Below are positions 23,727 to 33,977 of a stretch of DNA of 64,000 nt, piece after piece (positions within the stretch are counted from its first letter, which is position 1; each line of letters opens with the position of its first letter). The position numbers and the translations under genes were made by a program. Below the pieces are notes generated by a model, which did not search any database, had not been told where the DNA came from, and saw nothing but the letters and a program-made list of their open reading frames with translations. Origin of the DNA: Patescibacteria group bacterium (GTDB taxonomy: Archaea; Nanobdellota; Nanobdellia; Pacearchaeales; GW2011-AR1); contig JAHYJW010000003.1 of the NCBI GenBank assembly GCA_019428815.1, forward strand, positions 20,617 to 84,616, read 5' to 3'.

Positions 23727-24710
23727 ATAAGAGTCGCAATTAATGGTCTAGGTAGAATTGGAAGACTTGTTTTAAAAAGTGGATTAAAAAGGGGAGTAAA
23801 TTTTGTAGCTATAAATGATTTGACTGAAATTGAAAATCTTGCTTATTTATTAAAATATGATTCTGTTTACGGAAAATATGATGAAAAAATTGAAGTAGAC
23901 AAGAATATGTTAAAAATTGGAAATAAAAAAATACAAATTTTTTCTGAAAAAGATCCTGCAAATTTACCGTGGTCTAAATTAAAAATTGATGTTGTAATTG
24001 AATGTACAGGTTTATTTAGAGAAAAAGAAACAGCTTCAAAACACTTAAATGCAGGAGCAAAAAGGGTAATCATCTCTGCACCCGCTAAAGACCCCGACGT
24101 AACAATTGTTCCTGGAGTAAATGATAAGATGCTAAAAAAAGAGCACAAAATAATCTCAATGGCAAGTTGTACAACAAATGGTCTTGCCCCTGTCTTAAAA
24201 GTTCTTCATGATGAATTTGGAATAAAAAAAGGTTTTATGACAACAGTTCATGCATACACCTCCAGTCAAGGGATTGTGGATAAACCTGTCAGAAAATTAA
24301 GAAGGGGCAGAGCTGCTGCAGTGAATATTGTTCCTACAAGTTCTGGAGCAACAAAAGCAATTAGTGAAATTATTCCAGACTTAAAAGAAAAATTAGATGG
24401 TCTTGCGATTAGGGTTCCAGTTCCTAGCGGAAGCATTGTCGATTTTGTTGGAGAATTAAAAGTAGAAGTTGATAAAGAAAAAGTTAACAGTGTATTAAGA
24501 AAGGCTTCTCTTAAGGGCCCTCTTAAGGGGATCCTAGGGTATTCAGAAGAAGAACTTGTTTCAACAGACATCTTAGGGACAACATACTCTTCTATTGTGG
24601 ACGGCTTATCAACAATGGTTATTGGAAATTCAGTCAAAGTTCTAGCATGGTATGATAACGAATATGGATATGCATACAGATTAGCAGAGTTTGTTAAGAG
24701 GCTGGGATAA
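23727..24710 (+). CDS. gap: Class I (bacterial-type) glyceraldehyde-3-phosphate dehydrogenase; probable ATA start
   Basis: In-frame RVAINGLGRIGR upstream of the track start; ASCTTNGLAP; TVHAYT; WYDNEYGY. Confidence 0.95.
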   Translation: MRVAINGLGRIGRLVLKSGLKRGVNFVAINDLTEIENLAYLLKYDSVYGKYDEKIEVDKNMLKIGNKKIQIFSEKDPANLPWSKLKIDVVIECTGLFREKETASKHLNAGAKRVIISAPAKDPDVTIVPGVNDKMLKKEHKIISMASCTTNGLAPVLKVLHDEFGIKKGFMTTVHAYTSSQGIVDKPVRKLRRGRAAAVNIVPTSSGATKAISEIIPDLKEKLDGLAIRVPVPSGSIVDFVGELKVEVDKEKVNSVLRKASLKGPLKGILGYSEEELVSTDILGTTYSSIVDGLSTMVIGNSVKVLAWYDNEYGYAYRLAEFVKRLG

Positions 24711-24727
24711 AAATTATAAAAATAAAA

Positions 24728-25909
24728 ATGAGAGCCATTTCTAAGATTAATAAAAATGAAATTAAGAATAAATTTGTTTTGTTAAGAACAGATTTGAATT
24801 CAGATGTTTTAAATAAAAAAGTAATTCTCTCTGAAAGAATAAAACAGAGTGCTGAAACTATAAATTTCTTAAAAAAAAGAGGAGCAAAGGTAGTAATTCT
24901 TGCACATCAAGGTAGAGCTGGAAAAACTGACTTTTTAAGTTTAAAGCAACACCACAAATATCTAACACGTTATGTAAAAATAAAATTTATGCCGGATATA
25001 GATATAGGAGGTAAAAAATCAATTAAGGCTATAGAAAAATTAAAGCCAAATGAAGCGATTTTATTAGAGAATATCAGGTTTATTGAAGATGAATTTATTC
25101 CAGAAAAAAAGGAAAATAAAATTTTAAAAATTGCCTCTAAAATGGATATTTATGTTAACGATGCTTTTTCTAATAGTCATAGAGAACATACTTCTATGCT
25201 AATTCCAAGGTATTTCCCTAAAATAAAAAGTTATGCAGGGTTTATTTTAGAAAGAGAGGTGGAATCTTTAAAAAAAATAAAATTAAGAAACTGCCTTTAT
25301 CTATTGGGGGGTGCGAAACCAGAAGATAATATAAAATTATTAAATCCCTCGAATAAGAATAAAGTTTTAACAGGAGGTTTATTTGGCCAATTATGTATAA
25401 TAGCTAATGGAAAAGATTTAGGTGCCCAAAATGATTACTTAAAAAAGACTATTTCAGATTATGAAAAAAATTTAAATGAGTTAAAAAAAATTTTAAAAGA
25501 TAAATTTCTCCAAGAAAAAATAAAAACGCCTTTGGACTTCGCGGTTAAAAAAGAAGGAAAAAGAAAAGAATTGATTTTAGGTTTATTTCCCTCAAAAGAA
25601 GAGATATTTGATATTGGAGAAAAAACAATAAAAAGATATGTGAGCGAAATAAAAAAAGCTAAAGCAATTTATATGAAGGGACCTTTTGGTTTCTGTTCAG
25701 AAAAAGAGTTTAGCAAAGGAACCCATGAAATTTTAAAGGCAATCTCAAATAGCAAGGGGTTTTCTGTTATCGGAGGGGGGCATTTAAGTGACGCTATAAA
25801 ATCTTCTAAAATCCCTCAAAAAAAATTCGGTCATATAAGCTTATCTGGGGGGGCTTTATTAAGATATCTCAACGGAGAGAAACTTCCAGGGTTAGAGGTT
25901 TTAAATTAA
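24728..25909 (+). CDS. pgk: Phosphoglycerate kinase
   Basis: RTDLN, AHQGR, LLENIRF, VNDAFS, LGGAK, DIG, GGGH, HISLSGGA. Confidence 0.95.
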   Translation: MRAISKINKNEIKNKFVLLRTDLNSDVLNKKVILSERIKQSAETINFLKKRGAKVVILAHQGRAGKTDFLSLKQHHKYLTRYVKIKFMPDIDIGGKKSIKAIEKLKPNEAILLENIRFIEDEFIPEKKENKILKIASKMDIYVNDAFSNSHREHTSMLIPRYFPKIKSYAGFILEREVESLKKIKLRNCLYLLGGAKPEDNIKLLNPSNKNKVLTGGLFGQLCIIANGKDLGAQNDYLKKTISDYEKNLNELKKILKDKFLQEKIKTPLDFAVKKEGKRKELILGLFPSKEEIFDIGEKTIKRYVSEIKKAKAIYMKGPFGFCSEKEFSKGTHEILKAISNSKGFSVIGGGHLSDAIKSSKIPQKKFGHISLSGGALLRYLNGEKLPGLEVLN

Positions 25910-26041
25910 ATAGGGTTTATCCTTAAGAATAAAAGTTTCTAAATAACTGAAAAGGATTAACTTTATAAAATTAAAGAGTTTTTTATAAATAAGTTAAAGA
26001 TTTTTTTCAAATCTTTTTTAAATTGATCAAAATAAAGGCTG

Positions 26042-26488
26042 GTGAAAAAAGTGAAAAATAAAAATTTTGAAAAAGAGGTTATTAGAAAATTTAAGGATAT
26101 TAAAGAGATTTTTAAAAATTCTAATATAAAAAATAATCCCTTAATCTATAGAGTTCTTATAAAATCTTTGGGTAATCATGAGCTTGGTTTGACTATAATT
26201 GAACCGGGAAGTATCAATAAGGAGTACTACATGACCAAAGGGCATAAACACAAAAAAGCTTTTTCTGAAGTTTATATCTTAGAAGAAGGAAAAGGAAAGC
26301 TAGTATTACAAGATAAAAAGATAAAGATAATTGAATTAAAAAAAGACAAACCTATTATAGTTCCAGAAAAAACAGCTCATCGATTGATAAATACTGGGAA
26401 TACAAAATTAAAGGTTCTTACGCTTTATCATAAAGATTCGGGACATGATTATAGTGTGAAGTTTAAAAAGAGACTTTTAAAAAAATGA
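26042..26488 (+). CDS. pgi: Cupin-type (archaeal) glucose-6-phosphate isomerase
   Basis: TIIEPG..EYYMTKGHKH...EVY...AHRLINTG...GHDY. Confidence 0.88.
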   Translation: MKKVKNKNFEKEVIRKFKDIKEIFKNSNIKNNPLIYRVLIKSLGNHELGLTIIEPGSINKEYYMTKGHKHKKAFSEVYILEEGKGKLVLQDKKIKIIELKKDKPIIVPEKTAHRLINTGNTKLKVLTLYHKDSGHDYSVKFKKRLLKK

Positions 26489-27258
26489 AGACGAATATTT
26501 CAAAAATTTTAAAAAAAGAACGTGCAATTTTCCTCGCTTATGACCAGGGGTTAGAACATGGACCTATAGATTTTAATGATAAAAATGTTGATCCAAATTA
26601 TATCATAAAAATTGCAAAAGAAGGAGGATATAATGCACTTATCTTTCAAAAAGGAATCGCAGAGAAATATAACGAAGAAATAAAAAAATCAAAGATTCCC
26701 CTTATTGTTAAACTTAATGGGAAAACTAATCTTGTCAAAGGAGAACCCATCTCAAATCAAATTTGTACTGTAGAAGAGGCAATAAAGCTTGGTGCTGTTG
26801 CTGTAGGTTATACTCTTTATATTGGTTCAGAACACGAATCAAAAATGTTTGATGAATTTGCAGAAATAGAAAAAGAAGCACATAAAAAAGGGTTAACAGT
26901 AATTGCATGGATTTATCCAAGAGGTAGAGGAATAAAAAAACATTCAAAAAGAGAATTAATGGCTTATGCCGCAAGAACTGGTTTAGAGATTGGAGCAGAT
27001 ATAGCTAAGATACAGTATAACGGGAATCCTGAAGATTTAAAGTGGGCGGTGAAATCTGCAGGAAAAACTAGGGTAATCATTGCGGGCGGTATCAAAAAAG
27101 GGGACTCTCAGTTAATTAAACAAGTAAAAGAGATTATGGAGTGCGGTGCAGTAGGTTTAGCTATCGGAAGGAATATTTGGCAAAATAAAGATCCTTTAGA
27201 AATTACAAAAAAAATGAAAAAAATAATATGGAGTGAAATAAAAAATGAAAAAAAATAA
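26485..27258 (+). CDS. fba: Class I (DhnA/archaeal-type) fructose-bisphosphate aldolase
   Basis: LAYDQGLEHGP, VKLNGKT, WIYPRG, GADIAK (Schiff-base Lys), GRNIWQ. Confidence 0.93.
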   Translation: MKTNISKILKKERAIFLAYDQGLEHGPIDFNDKNVDPNYIIKIAKEGGYNALIFQKGIAEKYNEEIKKSKIPLIVKLNGKTNLVKGEPISNQICTVEEAIKLGAVAVGYTLYIGSEHESKMFDEFAEIEKEAHKKGLTVIAWIYPRGRGIKKHSKRELMAYAARTGLEIGADIAKIQYNGNPEDLKWAVKSAGKTRVIIAGGIKKGDSQLIKQVKEIMECGAVGLAIGRNIWQNKDPLEITKKMKKIIWSEIKNEKK

Positions 27259-27880
27259 GATAAGAATTTTAATTAATCTTAAAACATATAACCAAGGTGA
27301 AAAAGTTCTCTCGCTTGCAGAATCTCTAAAGAAAGTCAATCAAGATATAATTTTAGGCGCACAGGCTACAGATATAAAAGAGATTGTAGAAAAAACAGGA
27401 TTGAGGGTTTATGCTCAACACGTAGATTATTTTGAAACAGGGAGAAATACAGGTTATATTCTTCCAGAAGCAGTTAAAGCAAACAAAGCTCAGGGGGTAT
27501 TGTTAAATCATTCAGAACATAAACTAAAATTTTTAGATATTGAAAAAACAGTTTATAGATGTAAAAAACTGGGATTAAAAACAATGATTTTCGTTTCTAG
27601 TTTAAAAGAAGCGAAAAAGATTGAAATTTTAAAACCAGACTACATTGTTTTTGAACCTCCGAAACTTGTAGGGGGAGATATCTCTGTTTCTAATGCTAAA
27701 CCTGAGATAATAAGAGAAATTGCAAAAAATATCAAAACTAAATTTTTAGTAGGAGCAGGGATAAAAACTAGAGAAGATGTAATAAAAGCAATTGAATTAG
27801 GTGCATCAGGAATTGGAATATCGTCTGCAATTACTCTTGCTAAAAATCCTTCAAAAAAGCTTAAAGAGTTAGTTATCTAA
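27245..27880 (+). CDS. tpiA: Triosephosphate isomerase (archaeal type)
   Basis: INLKTY, AQHVD, LLNHSE, EPP, GAGI. Confidence 0.93.
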   Translation: MKKNKIRILINLKTYNQGEKVLSLAESLKKVNQDIILGAQATDIKEIVEKTGLRVYAQHVDYFETGRNTGYILPEAVKANKAQGVLLNHSEHKLKFLDIEKTVYRCKKLGLKTMIFVSSLKEAKKIEILKPDYIVFEPPKLVGGDISVSNAKPEIIREIAKNIKTKFLVGAGIKTREDVIKAIELGASGIGISSAITLAKNPSKKLKELVI

Positions 27881-27975
27881 GTCTATTTCTTAAGACAAAG
27901 ATTAAAATAAAGTCCAGAAAGATCAAAAAAAGAATCTTTAAGTTTTAAGATTATTTAAGTTTTAGAATAAGGGTC

Positions 27976-28710
27976 TTAAAGATGACAAGTCCAACCGCCA
28001 TCAATATTAATTATAGAGCCGGTCATATAACTGCATTCATCAGAAGAAAGATAAACAGCTAATCCTCCAAGTTCTTCTGATTTTCCGGATCTTTTAAGAG
28101 GTATTGCATTACTCAAAGTGGTTTTTATTCCCTCTGTTTTTGCTAAACCTTGGGTCATAGGCGTTACAAAAAAACCTGGACAAATTGCATTTACGTTTAT
28201 GTTCTTTGGAGCATATTCCATAGCCATAGATTTTGTCAAAGAAATCACTGCTCCTTTACTTGCATTATAAGCTGATGATGCAGCAAAAGCATGATGACCT
28301 GCGACTGAAGCAACGTTTATAATTCTACCGCCACTTTTCATTTTAGGTGTGCAATATTTTGCCATAAGGAAATAACCTGTGACATTAATAGCCATTAATT
28401 TTTCCCATTCTTCTTTTTTCGTAGAATTAATTATTGTTGGATAAAAAACCCCTGCGTTATTAATTAAAATATCAATCTTCCCAAAATCTTTTTTAACTAA
28501 ATTTACTGTTTCTTCAATATTCTTATCATTAGACATATCTACTTTATAAAATTTAGACTTAGTTTTCAATTTTTTGATTGTTCCCTGACCATCTTTAATA
28601 TCAAAAATTGCAATTTTAGCACCTTGTTTAGAAAGAGCAATTGCCATAGATTCGCCTAATCCTCCTGCAGCCCCAGTAATTACGGCAACTTTATCTTTTA
28701 GATTAAACAT
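27976..28710 (-). CDS. Classical SDR oxidoreductase (probably NAD-dependent)
   Basis: TGAAGGLG, NNAG, YNASK, NAICPG. Confidence 0.93.
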   Translation of the reverse strand: MFNLKDKVAVITGAAGGLGESMAIALSKQGAKIAIFDIKDGQGTIKKLKTKSKFYKVDMSNDKNIEETVNLVKKDFGKIDILINNAGVFYPTIINSTKKEEWEKLMAINVTGYFLMAKYCTPKMKSGGRIINVASVAGHHAFAASSAYNASKGAVISLTKSMAMEYAPKNINVNAICPGFFVTPMTQGLAKTEGIKTTLSNAIPLKRSGKSEELGGLAVYLSSDECSYMTGSIINIDGGWTCHL

Positions 28711-28975
28711 TAAAAATCCTCTTTTTATTTTATTCGTTTAAATTATAATATCCAAATTTTATTAATATTTAAACCTTTCTTATTTTTTATTTTCGTTTAT
28801 CTGAAAGATTCTGTTTATGGTATATTCCTTTATTTTTTCTTTAAAAAATTAGGATAAGTTTTGATAAAAGAACCTGCTTTTTTCACTAAGTTTTTAAATA
28901 GAGTTTCATTAAAAAAAGCATACTTATTAAGCTTATTAAACAAAGTTATAAACAATTTGAATAAAAATAAAAAAG

Positions 28976-29923
28976 GTGATTAAGATGTATGACGTAATTT
29001 GTTTTGGTTCTGCAACAGAAGACATTTTTATAGATACCGGATTAAGAGAAGTGAATAAAAAGATAGTTTATCCTGTTGGAACAAAAATCCCCATAAAGAG
29101 TTTAAATTTTGGTATAGGAGGCGTTGGGATTAATGTTAGTGTCGGCCTTTCGAGAATGAATTTAAAAGTAGCATATATCGGAAAAATGGGGAATGATGAG
29201 GCGGGTAGTAGAATTTTGGATTGTTTAAAAAAAGAGAAGATTGATTTCATAGGAACAAAAACTCAGGGGGTTACAGGTTATGGTTTCATATTAGATACAT
29301 ATGAGAGGGAAAGAACCATTTTAACTTACCATGGATTAACTGATAATTTCAAGTTTAATGAAATAAACAAAAACAAAATTAAAACAAAATGGATGTTTTT
29401 TTCTTCACTAAGAGGAGAATCAATAAAAACTGAAGATAAGATGGTACAGTGGTGTAAAAAAAATGGAATTAAAGTTGCATTTAATATGGATGCTAAAGTT
29501 GTTCATAAAGCTAAATTAAATTTAGACAGAATTCTAAAAAATCTTGATTTAATAATATTAAACAAAGAAGAAGCTCAGAGTATCACTAAAGGTGAAGATC
29601 CAAAAACTCTTGTTCGAGGGATACACAACCTTGGAACAAAAATGGTTGTTTTAACCGACGGAAGAGATCCTGCTTATGCTTTTGATGGAAAAAAGATTTA
29701 CACCTTAATTCCCCATAAAGGTATAAAGTTAGTAGAAAGGACTGGTGCAGGGGATGCTTTTACCAGCGGATTTTTAGCAGGGTATATAAAAACCCAGGAT
29801 ATAGAAAAATCATTAAAAATTGCATCTTTAAATTCTGAATCTGTAATACAACATTTTGGGGCGCATAACAAACTTCTAAAATGGGATGAAGTAAACAAAA
29901 AACTATCTTCTATTAAAAATTAA
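28976..29923 (+). CDS. PfkB/ribokinase-family carbohydrate kinase
   Basis: GGVGINVSVGLSRM, NKEEA, ERTGAGDAF. Confidence 0.93.
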   Translation: MIKMYDVICFGSATEDIFIDTGLREVNKKIVYPVGTKIPIKSLNFGIGGVGINVSVGLSRMNLKVAYIGKMGNDEAGSRILDCLKKEKIDFIGTKTQGVTGYGFILDTYERERTILTYHGLTDNFKFNEINKNKIKTKWMFFSSLRGESIKTEDKMVQWCKKNGIKVAFNMDAKVVHKAKLNLDRILKNLDLIILNKEEAQSITKGEDPKTLVRGIHNLGTKMVVLTDGRDPAYAFDGKKIYTLIPHKGIKLVERTGAGDAFTSGFLAGYIKTQDIEKSLKIASLNSESVIQHFGAHNKLLKWDEVNKKLSSIKN

Positions 29924-29924
29924 A

Positions 29925-30380
29925 ATGCCTTATCGAAAAGCGGTTTTTATTTTAGCCTATACTAGAAACAAAAAAGATATTGAGTATCTTTTGTTAAAAA
30001 GAAAATTACACTGGGAGGGGTGGGAATTTCCAAAAGGTGCAATAAAATTTTTAGAGACTAAAAAAAATGCTGTTAAAAGAGAACTTAAAGAAGAAACTGG
30101 GCTTTATCCCATAAAAATAAAAAAATTTGACTACTCTGGGAAGTATGAATATGAAAAAAAAATTCCAGATAGGCCAAGGTTTAAAGGTCAAAGTTTTGTT
30201 TTATATGCTGTAGAAGTTAAAAAACCATTTAACAGAAAAGTAAAAATAAGTGAGATAGAACATTCAGATTATAAGTGGGTTAATTATCCTAAAGCTATAA
30301 AACTTCTTAGATGGCCAAATCAAAAAGAATCTTTAAAGATTGTAAACGATTTCTTAAAACAGAAAGCACTAGCTAGTTAA
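29925..30380 (+). CDS. Nudix hydrolase
   Basis: WEFPKG...AVKRELKEETGL Nudix box; EHSDYKW. Confidence 0.92.
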   Translation: MPYRKAVFILAYTRNKKDIEYLLLKRKLHWEGWEFPKGAIKFLETKKNAVKRELKEETGLYPIKIKKFDYSGKYEYEKKIPDRPRFKGQSFVLYAVEVKKPFNRKVKISEIEHSDYKWVNYPKAIKLLRWPNQKESLKIVNDFLKQKALAS

Positions 30381-30428
30381 TAAAAAAATAAGAAATAATT
30401 AAAAAAATAAAAATTAAAAAATTAAAAA

Positions 30429-31646
30429 TCAGTAGTAGCTTTCTCCAAATTCTTCTGTTTTTTGAGGTTTCTTTCCAATCAAAATTATCAATACAACAAG
30501 CAATACAACAAAAATTATTGCGAGTATAATTGTCAAAATAGCGATTGGGCTTGTAGAGCTTTTTCCTTCAAAATCTTTGCTAAACTGAACAGTCTCTATA
30601 AGTGAACCATCCATTCCAAATATGCTTACAGAGAAAGTTTGTGTTCCAGAGTTTTCTGACTCAGCTTCAAAAGTGATTGTCTTACTAGATCCTGCTGGTA
30701 CTGAAACAAGAGTTTCACTTGAGGATACAGATATTAAATCTGTAGATTGTGGAACAATCCTGTAAACAACAATCTCATTTGTAGGGTTTACAATGAGAAG
30801 CTGATCTCCTGAAACAATAAAGTTCCCTTGTGGAAATGCGTTTTGTATAGCAATTTGGATAGTTCTAGTTGAAGTAGTATCTTCACTTTGAACTTCGACT
30901 TCTAAGTTGTACAATCCTGGAGCAATACCAAATGGCATTTGAAGAAAGATCCTTCCAGAGACAGTATCTTTTTCATCTTCATGGCACTTTCTTGAGATAT
31001 CTACTCCCCAGTTGTCTTCAGAATCAATTCCAGATTCACATCTAACTGCTACAAGATCTCCAAAGAAAGATGTTCTTTGAATACCTAGTTCTGGAACTCT
31101 TACTGTAACAAAAAGGTCATTTAAGTCGTTATATCCAAGATTCTTCAAAACAATATCAACTGGGAAAAGTTCTCCAGCGCGAATAGTCTGGGGAGCTTCT
31201 ACAGAGATAATGTCTACGCTATAAGATTCTCTTTGAACTCTCAACTGGAATGTCTCTGCATAAACAAAGTCACCACCCTTTATCCTTATATTAAGGTCTG
31301 CATAACCACTAAGCTTTTGTCTAAGATCAAAAGGTACATCTAGGCTTAAAGTCTTATAATACCTATGTCCAGACTCAATATCAAAATGGCTTGTTTCTGC
31401 TTCAACACGTCTTCTATCGCCTTCAAGTTCTGCTCTTATTGTAACATCCTGTACATTAACAAGAGAGGTGAATTCAACTCTTATCAATAACCTTTCTCCT
31501 ACAACAACAGCAGGAGCTTGGTTTACATTGATTCCATTAACTTCAACTAAGATCTCTTTTCCAATATCCTGAGCACTTATCATGCTAGACAAGAATAGGA
31601 TGCTTACAAGCATAATAAAAGAAACCAAAAGGTTTGTTTTATTCAT
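30429..31646 (-). CDS. Secreted, C-terminally anchored beta-rich surface protein (S-layer/CARDB-like)
   Basis: Signal peptide, Ig-like beta repeats (VLKNLG), C-terminal TM helix and short cytoplasmic tail. Confidence 0.7.
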   Translation of the reverse strand: MNKTNLLVSFIMLVSILFLSSMISAQDIGKEILVEVNGINVNQAPAVVVGERLLIRVEFTSLVNVQDVTIRAELEGDRRRVEAETSHFDIESGHRYYKTLSLDVPFDLRQKLSGYADLNIRIKGGDFVYAETFQLRVQRESYSVDIISVEAPQTIRAGELFPVDIVLKNLGYNDLNDLFVTVRVPELGIQRTSFFGDLVAVRCESGIDSEDNWGVDISRKCHEDEKDTVSGRIFLQMPFGIAPGLYNLEVEVQSEDTTSTRTIQIAIQNAFPQGNFIVSGDQLLIVNPTNEIVVYRIVPQSTDLISVSSSETLVSVPAGSSKTITFEAESENSGTQTFSVSIFGMDGSLIETVQFSKDFEGKSSTSPIAILTIILAIIFVVLLVVLIILIGKKPQKTEEFGESYY

Positions 31647-31855
31647 TTTACTTTTTTGTTTTTCCCATTTATTTTTTATTAGAAGACTAAGTCTCCTTAT
31701 AATTTTACAAACCCCAAAACTCTTTATAAACTTTATGGTGATAACAGAAAAGCTTCATTTAGTAGTACTAAATGAGAGTAACAATAAGGAACACCATTAT
31801 AAGAATATCAGAGAATCAATAGATATTCTAAATATCGTTAAAAAAATTTTTAAAT

Positions 31856-32665
31856 TTAACTTATCTTTGAATAAATACTAAGCCCTTCTATTGAATCTTC
31901 TAAGGGGGACTTACTTTCATTTATAATGATTATTTCCTTATTTTTGGGCAAGTTTGTTAAAAGGCTTTTCCATTCACTAACCTCTGTTTTCTTATGATTC
32001 TTCTCCCCTTTTTCACCGTAGTCTATTCCTGAAAAATGAATATGAATTTCATTTTCATCTTTAAAACTATCAAAAGTTTCCTTGAATTTATAGTCCCCAT
32101 ATCTTGCAAGGATATGAGCAAAGTCAATACAAAAACTACAATTAACTTCTTTGTACAACTTTTTTATTTCATCAATGCTTCCAAAAACATTAATTTTTCC
32201 CATAATCTCTGGAGCTAGTTTAGGGGTATAACCTTTAGATTCACACTCTCTTTTAAGGTCTAAAAGATTGTTTTTTATATTTTTATAAGCTTGAATTTTG
32301 TCACCCCCATAATATCCAGGATGAAAAACAACTCGGTGTGCCTCCAACCAAGTACCTACTTTACAACATTGAAGTACCCTTTCTTTACTCTTTTTTATTT
32401 TGTCCAAATCATCAGAATTAAAATTTATCCAGTAAGGGGCATGTATGCTCAATTTAATCCCTAAATTTTTTGCAAACTGTCCAATTCTCAATGCATCTTC
32501 TTCTTTAGTAATATATACTCCATGAGTAAAGGAAATTTCACAAGCTTTCAGACCCAAGTTGGCGTAGTTCTTTAAATTATAAAGAGATTCTTTTATGCCG
32601 CCCAAACCAGCTGGACCGAATAATACTCGGGATGATACTTGGGATTTTGACTCTTTTAATAACAT
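31856..32665 (-). CDS. nfo: Endonuclease IV-like AP endonuclease (TIM barrel)
   Basis: SIHAPYWIN, VFHPGYY, PEIMGK..FGS, CIDFAH, HIHFSGI. Confidence 0.88.
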   Translation of the reverse strand: MLLKESKSQVSSRVLFGPAGLGGIKESLYNLKNYANLGLKACEISFTHGVYITKEEDALRIGQFAKNLGIKLSIHAPYWINFNSDDLDKIKKSKERVLQCCKVGTWLEAHRVVFHPGYYGGDKIQAYKNIKNNLLDLKRECESKGYTPKLAPEIMGKINVFGSIDEIKKLYKEVNCSFCIDFAHILARYGDYKFKETFDSFKDENEIHIHFSGIDYGEKGEKNHKKTEVSEWKSLLTNLPKNKEIIIINESKSPLEDSIEGLSIYSKIS

Positions 32666-32777
32666 CTTATTTAAAAAATTTTGAGATTAAATGTTTAATT
32701 GGTTTTTTAACAAAAATTACCCCCAAATTTGCAGTCCAAGTTCTTAAAACAAAGTAAAAACTCTTAGTTCTAAGAGA

Positions 32778-33977
32778 TTATACTGCTAAAAGTTCTGTTT
32801 TAGTATTTGTTGTTGTAAAATTCCTTGCTACAAAAATCTTAACGCCTAATTCTTCAGCAGACTCTAATGTTGCAGGAGTAGCAGTCCCATCAAGAATGAT
32901 AACTAAAGGAGATTCTTTTATTTTTTTAAGAACAATTCCCAAAGCTCTTGAAGAAACTTCTTTAATTTCCCTTAGATTATCATCTAATAAAATTGCTTTT
33001 CCTTTTCCTTTATTTTTTTCTGCTATCTCTTTAATCTTATCTCGTTCAACTTTACTAAAGGTTTTTTCTTGAATATTAGAATCCTTTTGGGAGCCAGAAC
33101 TAGAAGTTCTGGCTGAAGCAGTTTCTTTTTTTTCGTAGCTCTCCCTAAAGGATCTTTTAAGATTCTTTGATAAGAATTCTTCTGCGGGAACTTTTTTTCT
33201 TAAAGCTTGTAAGATTTCCTTAGCTACAAGTTCTTCAACTTCTTTACCATCTGGAGCAACGCAAACATATTTTATTCTTGCATTTTCAAGGACATTTTGA
33301 GCAATTAATTTTCCTCCCCTATCGCCATCTACAAAAAGAGTTATTTCTTTCTCTTCTCCAAGATCTTTTATCCCATTGGGTAATTTTGTCCCATTCATTG
33401 CAATAACGTTTTTAATACCTGCTCTTAGTAAATTTAAAACATCTGCACGACCTTCAACAACAATTAATTCTGATTCAGTTAAGTCTCCGTAAGGTAACTT
33501 TTCTTCACCATACTCTTTAACACCGGCAATTCTCCTAGAATCTTGAATTGTTCTTAAGATCTCTCTTGAATCACTTCCTTTACCAATTTCAGCCATTAAT
33601 TTTTTAGCTCTTTCAACAATATACTCTCTTTTGCTCCCTCTAACATCTTCAATTTTTTCTACTTCAACCTGCGCATCACAAGGACCAATCTTTTCTATTG
33701 TTTCTACTGCAGCTGCGATTAAAGTTGTTTCAGACTGATCGAGAGCTGTGGGAATATAAATCTTACCAGCAGTTATCTTATCTTTTCTTTCTAAATCCAC
33801 TTCGATTCTTCCAATTTTTCCTTCTTTTTGAAGTTCTCTCATCTCTAAATCTGCACCTAAAAGTCCTTCTGTTTGACCAAAGATGGCGCCTATTATATCT
33901 GGTTTTTCAAGTGCCCCTTCAACAAGAAAACTGGCATGAATCATATATTTTATAGATACTGGGCTTATTTTTGCCAT
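32778..33977 (-). CDS. dnaG: Archaeal DnaG (TOPRIM; exosome-associated)
   Basis: DIIGAIFGQTEGLLG, IVVEGRADV, DGDRGG, APDGKEVEEL. Confidence 0.96.
   Translation of the reverse strand: MAKISPVSIKYMIHASFLVEGALEKPDIIGAIFGQTEGLLGADLEMRELQKEGKIGRIEVDLERKDKITAGKIYIPTALDQSETTLIAAAVETIEKIGPCDAQVEVEKIEDVRGSKREYIVERAKKLMAEIGKGSDSREILRTIQDSRRIAGVKEYGEEKLPYGDLTESELIVVEGRADVLNLLRAGIKNVIAMNGTKLPNGIKDLGEEKEITLFVDGDRGGKLIAQNVLENARIKYVCVAPDGKEVEELVAKEILQALRKKVPAEEFLSKNLKRSFRESYEKKETASARTSSSGSQKDSNIQEKTFSKVERDKIKEIAEKNKGKGKAILLDDNLREIKEVSSRALGIVLKKIKESPLVIILDGTATPATLESAEELGVKIFVARNFTTTNTKTELLAV

Noticed and set aside
22306..29923. Complete Calvin cycle or autotrophy
   Set aside because: No phosphoribulokinase, transketolase, FBPase or pentose epimerase/isomerase in the window
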